Shown here piece by piece: positions 26,689-37,200 of a stretch of 58,975 nucleotides of DNA; positions within the stretch are counted from its first letter, which is position 1; every line of letters begins with the position of its first letter. Under the pieces are notes generated by a model. The model did no database searches. It was not told the DNA's origin and was given only the letters and a program-made list of their open reading frames with translations. Source of the DNA: a virus. Taxonomy: Duplodnaviria; Caudoviricetes. The stretch is from the IMG/VR virus record IMGVR_UViG_3300044547_001686, positions 1-58,975 of that record; one strand, 5' to 3'. The translations under genes and the position numbers were made by a program.

Positions 26689-26696
26689 TTAACTAC

Positions 26697-27089
26697 CTAT
26701 TGTCCTTTTTCTAATCTTTTAATTTTTTGTAACATCTTTGACATCTTGGAGCTAATAGTCAAAGTGGTGTCTATCTGTAGGAAATCCGGAGTTGCTGAAT
26801 CACCGTAGAATTCAAACTTAAGATCATCAAAAAGATAGTAAGAACCATCTTCATAGGGAGTGTGAATAGAGGATGTTTCCGGGTCAACTTGCCCTACTAC
26901 AACCCTTACGTCTTGATAAACTTTATCATTTAAATAATCTATTTTTTGATCTAATCTTTTTAAGTCAATGTATATCTTATCCATCTCTAGGTTTTCTTTT
27001 TCAGAAGACCTAGGACCCCTATAGGTGTTTCTGTATCTCTCATAAAGAGGTTGTATAATTCTTTTAATTTCTATATAACTTTTTGCCAT
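26697..27089 (-). CDS. virion structural protein
   Basis: YRGPRSSEKEN...DLKRL motif shared with the neighbouring gene. Confidence 0.7.
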   Translation of the reverse strand: MAKSYIEIKRIIQPLYERYRNTYRGPRSSEKENLEMDKIYIDLKRLDQKIDYLNDKVYQDVRVVVGQVDPETSSIHTPYEDGSYYLFDDLKFEFYGDSATPDFLQIDTTLTISSKMSKMLQKIKRLEKGQ

Positions 27090-27091
27090 GG

Positions 27092-29266
27092 TTAACTCAG
27101 TTCATTGTATCCATTTTTAAATTTTACTCTATATCCACCTAGTACCGGTGTGCCAAATGGACTAGTTGACCTAGTAAAGTCTGCCCTAAATCTAATCGAT
27201 TCAATTGGATTATTATTATTGGAATAATAAACTAATCTAGAATTATCTTTTATTTGCTTTCTACATAGTATCTCTTTATTGCCAAGATATTTATCTATAG
27301 TGAACACTGTATCATTAACGCTCCTATTGATTCTGAAATCAAAAGGATCTACGTAAGAATAATAGTTCAAGAAAGGAGTTCCATAATTTGTTATAGATAC
27401 CCCATCCATTAAAGATATTGAACCAGAAGCACTGTCTAATGCGTCAAAGGTTATTACAATCTTATTTATTCCCTTTGTTAGATTCCATGTACTGTTTTGA
27501 GTGGGGGATGTTTGTCCAGCTGGGATATCTGCTATCTTAGTCCCGTTTAAGTAAACTGCAACATCCCAATCTATTGCTCCACCAGACTTTGAGATAACAT
27601 GATTTACTTGAGTTGCGTTGTCTACCAATAAATTGGTTTGCATAAAGCCACTGACCCCATTTAGGTTCAAGGATACAGGTATGGATGGAACATTTGTTAT
27701 AGCCAAACTTCCCATATCAAAAACTTCAGTAGTTGAGGAATCTGTATTTACAAGATTAGACCACTCATTCAAGTTTCTATATAACCCTTCTGAATAAGAC
27801 GTGTACTTAAAGCTAATTCTATTTACACTGTCTAGTATATACGGATTATATGGGCTGTCAGCCTCTGCAATAGTCCCTACTCTATATACTGCAACTCCTC
27901 TGTAGATTGAGCTTGATGGATTAATTTCCGTAAGAGATCCAGAAGAAATTATTGGGTTTAAGAAAATATTTCCTGCAGTGGGTATAGAACTTATGCTTTT
28001 AAAATATTTTATTGACTTACTAAAAGATACGATTTGATCAAAGCCAGTTGCTGAAGAACCAGAAGAGATTGGAACCCAGTTAAAATCAGAAACATTAACT
28101 GCATTAGGTATATTTTCTGCAACAAAATAGTTTATTTGTCCAATAGAAGGATTTGCATTAACTGCTTCTATACTAACTGCATCTATAACTTTATTGTCAT
28201 TGCCGGAGGCTATTGATATTGGAGAAGAAATTAACATGCCTTCCTTGTCATAGTACTGACCACTGACAATTAGATCTTTTATCTCAAACCTATAATGGTA
28301 TTTGTCAATAGTTCTATCGTTATACGTTACATCTGGTTCATATTTTATTAAAGTAATTCTTACTGTACCAGATCTTTGAGGATTAAAGTTAAAAGAAAAC
28401 TTATCATAATCACTGTTAGATTGCTTTCTTCTATATTGAACTTCTTGGGCAGCACCAACTCCAATTATTTCAGCTATAGTTACAACGGCAGAACTTGTAT
28501 TTAATTTACCATCTACGCTAGAAACAACAAACGGAGTATTCAACGGGATGGTCAGTACCATGGCGCAAGCACCTAGTGTACTGGATGTATGAACTACTGT
28601 CGAAACAGTGTCGTTAAGCCCATCAAATACGTTATTTGCATTAGGCAGTGCGGCTTGGGTCACTGCATTGGATCCATTGAATACAATATCATATTTAATA
28701 TTACTCAAATTAATTCGACCAGGGGCCCTGAAGTCTAAGGCATTGGCTTTTAGTGTTGGGAGTTTAGCGCTTCTATGCTCTGTATCTACAAAGCATGTAG
28801 AGAGATTTAAGTCTACATTAGCTAAGTTAGCAAAGCTATCGCTAAAAGAATAAAAATATCCGTTTGTATTTGAGTTAGCAAAAAGTATGTCGTCTATCTT
28901 TTTTTCTAAAGCAGCTCTCTTATCCCTTAGAGAGTTTAGCCTTTTCCCTAATACGGTAGCTACACTCATCATGTCTTCGCCATTTTCATGTATGGAGTCG
29001 TACAATACTTCTAGGTTAAGTATCGTTCTAGCCATAAAGGTATTCATCAGGTCTGGATTAGTAGTTTCCGTGTTCCTTAAGACATTGATATCATTAGTTA
29101 AGGGAAGTCCTATTCTATTCTGCGAAAAATAATTATCAAATTCTTTTTTTACTTCTAATTCACTAGGCTGTCTTACCACTTTGTCAAAAGTAGATGTACC
29201 CGTAGAGTACATTAGCTTATAAATATTATCTAAAAACTTCTTTTTTTGTATCTTAGAAATCGTCAT
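27092..29266 (-). CDS. virion structural (baseplate/tail) protein
   Basis: N-terminal coiled coil plus beta-rich body; C-terminal TPVLGGYRVKF. Confidence 0.7.
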   Translation of the reverse strand: MTISKIQKKKFLDNIYKLMYSTGTSTFDKVVRQPSELEVKKEFDNYFSQNRIGLPLTNDINVLRNTETTNPDLMNTFMARTILNLEVLYDSIHENGEDMMSVATVLGKRLNSLRDKRAALEKKIDDILFANSNTNGYFYSFSDSFANLANVDLNLSTCFVDTEHRSAKLPTLKANALDFRAPGRINLSNIKYDIVFNGSNAVTQAALPNANNVFDGLNDTVSTVVHTSSTLGACAMVLTIPLNTPFVVSSVDGKLNTSSAVVTIAEIIGVGAAQEVQYRRKQSNSDYDKFSFNFNPQRSGTVRITLIKYEPDVTYNDRTIDKYHYRFEIKDLIVSGQYYDKEGMLISSPISIASGNDNKVIDAVSIEAVNANPSIGQINYFVAENIPNAVNVSDFNWVPISSGSSATGFDQIVSFSKSIKYFKSISSIPTAGNIFLNPIISSGSLTEINPSSSIYRGVAVYRVGTIAEADSPYNPYILDSVNRISFKYTSYSEGLYRNLNEWSNLVNTDSSTTEVFDMGSLAITNVPSIPVSLNLNGVSGFMQTNLLVDNATQVNHVISKSGGAIDWDVAVYLNGTKIADIPAGQTSPTQNSTWNLTKGINKIVITFDALDSASGSISLMDGVSITNYGTPFLNYYSYVDPFDFRINRSVNDTVFTIDKYLGNKEILCRKQIKDNSRLVYYSNNNNPIESIRFRADFTRSTSPFGTPVLGGYRVKFKNGYNELS

Positions 29267-31609
29267 GAATTCCTCACTTTAACTCCAACTTTATATGAAT
29301 AAAGTATTGGGGATATATTTTCTCCAGAAGGTTTTTCTATATCTATTTTTACGATTAAGCTCTTTGGATTTTCTGGCACTGTGGGAGCGTTGTAGTATTC
29401 TACACCTGGGATCTTAAATGTATTGTCCACATTCTGGTTAAAGGCTAGAACTTCACCGACTTCAGATAATGGACTTTCTATAGGGGAAACCCTAATCCAG
29501 CTAGAGCCACCATCTAAAGATATATAGTACTTTATGTATTCCAAATTAACATTGGCTGAAAGCTGTCCAGACAAACCTGCTTCAGCCGATAATGTTAGAT
29601 ACTCTATTGGGGAATTAAAATCAAACTGCTTAGACACTATTTGAGCTTTATCGGAAAACTCCTCATACCCAACTGTTATATCTCTTAAGGAAATTGATTT
29701 TCTTTGGCCATCAATAAAATCAAACTTCCTCTCCAATGGGATGGTATAGGATTTTGTTTGCACTTTTGTTGCGTCAGTGTTTATTAATTCAGCTGTAATA
29801 CTATCGACCCTAAGTTTGAATAGATCGTATTTTTGCTGTTTAGTAAATCCTTGAGATGTTGTATTAAACCAATTTACAACTGCCGCAGCTTCCACTTGAG
29901 ATTCATTAGTAGTTATGCCATTAGTGGTAGTTATTTTATTGGCCATCCAACCTTCTGCTAATACAGTATTATTATAAGGTTTTACTACAGTGATATAGCC
30001 AGAATAAGTGGGGTTAGTTCCTGTATTGGTTATCCCGCTTAATCCTTCTAGGTAATACTGAGGCGTGGGTACAGTATCGTATTTAAATTTAAGAATAAAG
30101 TTATTAGTTACATAATAAGTTTTACCGTCAGTGCCTGTAGCCCTTAACGTCCACCCAGTATTAACAGGTATATTCCTTTTGAGAGTTATGTTAAAATCAA
30201 TGCTATTATTTGTTTCAGATTTAAATAAATTGGGTTGATTGAACAATGGGGTTATTTGAGCATGATTCCAAATTTTTTGAGACCATGATATAGATGGATA
30301 GCCTAATGACGGGGCAACTGTTGGGTCGTCTGGGTTGAACCTCATTTGAGTAAAAAATGGATTTGATTCCACATTTTCTGGAACAACAATCCCGCCTGCT
30401 CGAGTCTTGCTTTTCACTGGTTCAAAATATATATGTTGAATCTTAGCATCGTTATAGTTAAGTTGTTTAAAAAATATTTTAATTGACTTAACTTTTCTTT
30501 CCATAAACTTAATGTTAGCTTCTTTGTAGAAAAACCTTCTTGCAGAATCTAAGGAGCTTGGTATTAGACCTGAACTTATATAGATTGCTTCCGTAAGAAT
30601 ATTCTCAACTTGATTTAAATCGTTTTTAACTTCAATTTTTTCTATTTTAATATCTTTAGAAATATAATTATTACTTCCAAAATAAGGGATGATGTTAATG
30701 AAGTTTGCTTTTTCTGGGCGATCGCTTTCCAGGACGGTTACAAGTTGAAGGTCATTAACAGAAAAGGTTGACCAATCGTAGTACTCTTCTTGAATTTCTT
30801 CACCAGTTGAAGTTTTAGAATATAAACTTTTAATATATTGAAATTCAAAATTCTTATTACCTGATGGTTTTCTAGCTGTTGGAATATTAATTTGTTCATA
30901 TTCAAAAAAAGTTAATGGATTATTGTCTATCACATTATTTATATTTCTAGAGGTAGGTGAATCTTGAAAGAAATATCTATATGGAGGATTATCTGTTGCG
31001 GAAGCATAGACTGAGTGGTTATTTCCGGCTATACCATTAGAAGAAGTTTCTTCTATAAAAACTCTTTGTGGAGTCCATGGACTAGTTGTAACCTTGGACA
31101 AAGACATTTGCCCATTATCTATTGTAGGTAAAATGTCAGTACTTTCTATCCTAGAATAGTCTATATAATCAGTGCTGTCGAAAGAACTGCCTACATAAAA
31201 AAGATCGTTAGCAGGACTGCTAGAGTACATTTGTAAAACTTTTATCTTATTTTTTATTCTATTTATAAAAGAATTTTCTTGTTCTACTTCGGAGGTAAAC
31301 ATATTGAAATTGTTAATTACTTTTGCTGATAGATAGTCTAGTTGCTTAGCAATAATATTTAGATCGTCTGAGTAGTTCCTTGTGTAGGTATTAAACTTAG
31401 CAGATACTGGTGGCTCCCCTTTTATATAGGGATCAAATTGGCTTAAGGGTCCGGCTTAAGTTAGTGTTCAAAAAATTTATTATGCTCTGATACTCAGCAG
31501 CGAATTCTTTATTATTAGTGAATTCGTTTCTTCTATGCTGATCTATAAACCTTGTTAAGATTGTGTATATTTGATCATAGGCAACTGTGTTTGGAGATAG
31601 TTGAGTCAT
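29263..31609 (-). CDS. virion structural protein, +1 frameshift at 31451-31453 (about 781 aa joined)
   Basis: Short ORF from ATG 31609 (MTQLSPNT...) stops six codons after CGG; the +1 frame is open from 31452 into the 29263-31302 ORF; span is 3n+1. Confidence 0.75.
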
Positions 31610-31610
31610 A

Positions 31611-34214
31611 CTAATTTAACCTTAATAATTTCTGTGATAATGGATCTAAATTATTTACATTACATTTAATTATAACATTATCTACTGATATTCCATTGGT
31701 TAATACAGGAATGTTATTTCTAATAATAACTCTAAACCTTATGCTAGGAGGAATGTATGAATAATTAACTGTCAATGGAGTTGTAATGTTTTTGTTGAAA
31801 ATTAATTGTTTACCATTTTGAAAAAATAAAACTTCATTCGTAGAATAGAATGTTGCCTTCTCAAAGTTGTTGCTTAAATAATTTGTCAAGTTTATAGCTG
31901 AAGTGCCATCAGATAAGGTCACTCTTATTGGAGAATACCCAATATTTTCAATAGAATTGACTGTACCATAGTTGCTGCTATAGGTAGCTGTTCCAAATTT
32001 ACTTTCTATAAAAGGAATGTAATCTAGTTGCACTCTATTGCCACCACCAGTAGCTGGGAAAACTTGCCCTTGTGCTCCGTCTTTAACATAGGATCTAATT
32101 ACATTTTGACCATCAAGAATTTTATCTATATCTAATATAGATTCGTTGTAATCCGATGTGTCCAAGCTGTATTCCACTACATAAATCGAAGAAGCTTCTA
32201 TCGGATCAGCCATAGTGATTTTATTATTTAGATAACTCCAATTATTTGGGTTTACTAAAATACCATTTTTATAAACTCTTATAGTTGCTGGCAGTGGGAG
32301 AAATCTAAGTGTAGCTTGTTTGATATTATTAAAGAATAAAACTTCAGAATCTATATCATTAGATAACTTATGGTTAATTGGAACCCATGAAGATTCTCCT
32401 GATATATTTTCTTGTAAACAAATACTCAGCTCTACTGAGCCAGGTTCGATTAGATCGTAACCAGCGTAACTTAAATTCTGTCTTTCCTTAATGATATTCA
32501 CTATAGCCTTTAGCCCCAACGGAGAGCCATCAGTTTGAATTTTTTTAGATATAAAACAAGCTTTATTTGATAGGACATTACTTATAGAGCCAAAGGATAT
32601 ATTTTTTATAGAAAAACCATATTCATAAGAGCTACTTATTTCTCTTGAATTTAAATAACTTGTTAAATCATAACTAGTAATTCCTGGAATTTCAGGATCT
32701 TCCTTTTGGAACATTAGTTCATGACTTTCTCTGTCATTCTTTAATGGCACTATTCCGTCTGAAGTTATATTTCTAACTTGGCTGGAATGATTGTCTGACA
32801 TATTTGGTTTGTATATATTGTTATTAAATATATTAGATCTAGCGTCTATAGAATATTGGACCATAGTTTGAACTATGTTCGAAATAATATTATTATTTCC
32901 CGTACTTACTAAGTCTTCTTTTCTCTTTTCCCCAAATTTAACAAGGTTATCAAATACAGAACTTGGATCTACCGGTTCGTTAGATGGGTATCTGTAGGAA
33001 TAAATTTCTTCAGATTGTTTTGTATTTTTTCTAGAATTAAGTATTGAAGTATTATTTTTAAAATAAAAGTATACTAAGTCTTGCATCTTACTAGGGTTTA
33101 GCGACTTTGATTCTCTTATACCCTTAACTATTGAATGAATATACTTAGAGTTAGTTTCGTGTACATTTGCTAAATTTTCTGATCTGATATATTTAGGTTG
33201 GTTAAATATAAAAGTTATTTTATTCACCCTGCACTTAGGGAATAGTATGTCTACTGTTTTGTTTATCAGTAACGGAGAACTTAAAACTGGTGTTTGGATA
33301 GTGCTGCCACTTACTGCCCCAGTTTGAGAGGAAGCTGTAGGGTCGGTTGTTTCAATTACCACTTGAAGAATCTGCATCCCCTCTGCATCAGATGGGGTTA
33401 TTCTTATGAGATCCATCTCGGTGGCATTAAGTAGAGTCATCGTTACCTGTGCTTGCGCTCCAGTTATATATGAGTAATCATAGTTCAAATAAGTAGCAAG
33501 TGATGATAATTTAGAGGTTAAAACATATGGAGATTTAACCGTCACTGTCCAGTCGTCAGTGGGACTTTCGTTAATAGTTGATCCAAAACCAGTGTCAGTA
33601 GTGATAAAGTTTGTATAATTATTAACATAGCTAATATTAGAAATATTGTTAATCATATTTACAAAAGAAATTGTATTATCAATACTCATTTTATTTATTA
33701 CATTATCTATTTTGTAATTTCCGTTTTCAGGAAATATAGATCCGTCTCTGTCGTATTGAACTATATTAACTAAATCTTGTTTATATGAATTTAAATCATT
33801 ATTAAAATTTTCTACATAGTTAAAGTTAAATAAATCATCTTCCCCAGATATGTATTGATAGTTATCTATGAATGTTTCTAGTATTTTTATATCATTTTCT
33901 ATTTTTTGTATTTCAGAAGAAAAAATAGACACCATTGAATTAACTACATTTGATATAGATGAAGACGCAGAAAAGAATTGCCCAACCCTTAAAGAAGAAT
34001 CCCTGAAGAACTCTATTATAGCTTCTAAGTTCATTGGGGAATATCTTAAAGCTAAAGTTGGGGTATAATTTGCAGTTGTATCAAAAGTTTTTATATTTTC
34101 AATTAGATTAGCAATTTGAGTTTTGTCTGCTTTAATATTTTGTATTAAAGAGCTAACAGTTTTTTTGCTGCTACTAGAAAAAGTTTGTATTGTATCAGGA
34201 AGATATTGTAACAC
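31611..34214 (-). CDS. virion structural protein
   Basis: Long Asn/Ser/Ile-rich ORF with architecture like its neighbours; start uncertain (GTG 34214 or ATG 34262). Confidence 0.7.
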   Translation of the reverse strand: MLQYLPDTIQTFSSSSKKTVSSLIQNIKADKTQIANLIENIKTFDTTANYTPTLALRYSPMNLEAIIEFFRDSSLRVGQFFSASSSISNVVNSMVSIFSSEIQKIENDIKILETFIDNYQYISGEDDLFNFNYVENFNNDLNSYKQDLVNIVQYDRDGSIFPENGNYKIDNVINKMSIDNTISFVNMINNISNISYVNNYTNFITTDTGFGSTINESPTDDWTVTVKSPYVLTSKLSSLATYLNYDYSYITGAQAQVTMTLLNATEMDLIRITPSDAEGMQILQVVIETTDPTASSQTGAVSGSTIQTPVLSSPLLINKTVDILFPKCRVNKITFIFNQPKYIRSENLANVHETNSKYIHSIVKGIRESKSLNPSKMQDLVYFYFKNNTSILNSRKNTKQSEEIYSYRYPSNEPVDPSSVFDNLVKFGEKRKEDLVSTGNNNIISNIVQTMVQYSIDARSNIFNNNIYKPNMSDNHSSQVRNITSDGIVPLKNDRESHELMFQKEDPEIPGITSYDLTSYLNSREISSSYEYGFSIKNISFGSISNVLSNKACFISKKIQTDGSPLGLKAIVNIIKERQNLSYAGYDLIEPGSVELSICLQENISGESSWVPINHKLSNDIDSEVLFFNNIKQATLRFLPLPATIRVYKNGILVNPNNWSYLNNKITMADPIEASSIYVVEYSLDTSDYNESILDIDKILDGQNVIRSYVKDGAQGQVFPATGGGNRVQLDYIPFIESKFGTATYSSNYGTVNSIENIGYSPIRVTLSDGTSAINLTNYLSNNFEKATFYSTNEVLFFQNGKQLIFNKNITTPLTVNYSYIPPSIRFRVIIRNNIPVLTNGISVDNVIIKCNVNNLDPLSQKLLRLN

Positions 34215-37200
34215 TTGAACCCCAATCGTTTCCGTCTGTATCATATAGGTCGAATACAACACCAGCTGTTAAGTTATCTCTAACTATATCATAAACTTCT
34301 TGAGGATTAATGAAATTCCTTTTAACTATAGAAGGAATTTTAACCATTACATAACCACCCTTTGGATAAGCTTGTGCCATTGGAGGGTAAACATCCCAAT
34401 AGGAAACTGCTTGAGAGACTTCATCAAGTATAGTATTAGTATCAAAGTTGGCTGAAATTCCTCCACCCTTTACTCTTAGATCAGTAAAGCTAAAGTTTTC
34501 ATCATCATTAGTATTTATCACATATATTATTCCTATAAGCTGGGCAAAAGGTTCGTAGGAAACTGTATCAAATTTATTAAATACATTATTATTGTAAGTA
34601 AAATTAATAGCTGGACTGATAGGGTATTCGGTAACTTTTATTTGTCTTGTTGAATTATTTACATTTTCACTCTTGTGGACTTCTTTAGGCATTATATAGA
34701 TATACAATGGCTTATTGATTTGCACTGAATCCTTATTCAAGAATGGATTAGTTGGAATTGGCACTCCATCCGATTGCTTGATGCTAAGTTTATTGTATTC
34801 AATAGTGTAGTCCACTTTTATTAAGCCTTCAATATTGGATATTACTTGATTCTCAAATTCTATTACACCGGTACTTGAATTGAAATTAACTATTTCAGAA
34901 TAAGGCACTAGTGTCCAAGGAGCGTTCTCGCTAGTCCTAGTGTAAACCTTAAGTGCTGGTTTAAATGGAACATTTTTTCTACTTAAGTCTGAAGGATAAC
35001 CCTTAACCACATGTAGCGGAGTTTGTCTTAGAGTGATTGATCTAGGGTTATTGTAAAGGGGACGTTCCCCTATTACGTCATAATAGCCTCTTCCATATAT
35101 TCTTGACCATGGGATGCTTCCTATTGAAGATGTATCATAGGATGCTATTAAATTTTGACCACTATAAGTCGACTTCCAGCCTCTAGCATCGGCAGGGCTT
35201 ATGTTAATTGTTTTCTGAAAAGAACCTGAGCTAACAGATATTGGCCATGGTTCTGTCTTGCTTAAGTCGCCATTGATGCCAAATAATTGAATTTTATTCC
35301 TATTATTGGAGATGACATTGACTACAGGATAAGCAGCTCGTAATGGAACTGAAGTAGGAATATATGTAGATCCATTGCTTGAACTGGTAAATTCTTTTAA
35401 TGTATTTATGTTTCCGTCATAATCATAGGCGTAGACTCCTATGTATATATTACTTGGACTCTGCATGTACCTAAGGTAAGTTATAGTTTTGCCAATAAAT
35501 TCGTTAGTTCTAGTGTCATAAAACCCATACTCTAAACCAGGAGTACTGGCACCAACTTTGGAAACTGTGATGTCACTATAGTATGAGTCTTCCGTGCTAG
35601 CTAAAGTAACTGAAACTTGCGAAAGATTCAAGGGGAAAAAGGGTGTTCCATTGCTATTGGTCAGGAGCATAATTCCGTCATAGTAATTGGTTTGATTTTT
35701 CCCAGCAATCACTATATTGTTTGAAACTTTCTTTAAACTATATCCAGATACTGGCACTGTCGCATTGTAAGTTGTGGCTGAAGTATAACTAGAAACTTTG
35801 CTAGATGCACTAATGCTAAATGTAGTTCCAGCAACACCAACTGCGGGGCTGCAACTTACCTCTATAAAGTTATCGTTAGACAAAATTGTAGTCCCTGCTT
35901 CTTTTACAGATCCTGCAACTAGGGATGAAGAATTGATGGCAACGATGCGCTTAGGGTTAGCTATGTCTAATAATTCATTTCTAGACGAAGATGGTTTATA
36001 GGATGCATTATTTAGCGCAAGATCTAACCCAGTGTATGAAAGTGTTTTATTAGTGTCCAATCTCTGCCCTACTTGCTCGCAGACTGTAATGGATTTTAAT
36101 TTTCCATAATTTTTTAAATATTCTAACGTAATATCTGAGGATACTGTATTAAAGGATATATTATTTAAATTATGAGTGACTTCTACAAGACCATTAATTC
36201 TTTGTGTCTCTGTGTGATCCAACCAGTAGTAATAAGTAGCCTCAACTGCTGGATCATATTCTTCTGCTACTCCTGGAGTAGTTACTATCTTAGGGGTATC
36301 ATTATGTTTGTAGTAAATATTTATCTGCTCTAATGCTAATCCGGCTGCTTTAGGACCAAACTTAGTGCCTCCCAATACAGAACCCTCCAAAAGGATATTA
36401 AGCCATTTGCCTTTGAAGTCCGGAGAATCCAAAGTAATTGTTATTATTCCATCTTGTTGATAACTTTGAGTTTTATTATTGTAGAATGACTCACTAAATT
36501 CAACGTTGTTTGAAACATTCCAGTCAAGAATTCGAATGCCCTTATAAGAGGTGGCAGAAGGGCCAAACGATGTTGTTGGGAGTATTTCTGCTCGAACTAC
36601 TTTTTCGATATCGGCATCGTTGCGTAATTCAATTCCTACCCACATTTTTATTTTATTTGATGCTTTAGATGATCCAGTAAAGTTAATCATTTTTATGGGA
36701 GCGCCAGTAAGTAAATTAGAGCTAGCAGTTTTTATTTTAGAAGCAGCGTTGATATAGTCCCAAATGCCTGTATCTTTATAATTATTCTTATCTACTACAC
36801 TAACTCTAGTAGCCTCTAGCTGTTCCTCTGATTTATTCGACCAAACAAAAGCCAATTCTTCTTTTGTTCTTGAATCTATAATCCCATCAGCTGGAAGATC
36901 TCTTGAAGTTTGAAAAGCTTTTACTTCATTCGATAAAGATGCATCAAACGTACCGTTAGTTGGACTACTTTTTCTGTACCCAGCATGGTGCATGGTTAGC
37001 TTTACGTATCTGACAAAAGTTCCTGTACCCTTACCCTGAAAGTATTCATCCCAAGTATTACCTTGACTTATATCTCCAGTGTACACAAATGCATTATTTT
37101 CACTACTAGAAGCCAATGTATTTGCTGACTCACTAGTCACTATATTATTATGTCCAAGGGGCTTTACTTCTCCAGCTTTAGGTGGAGTTGAAATCTCTGT

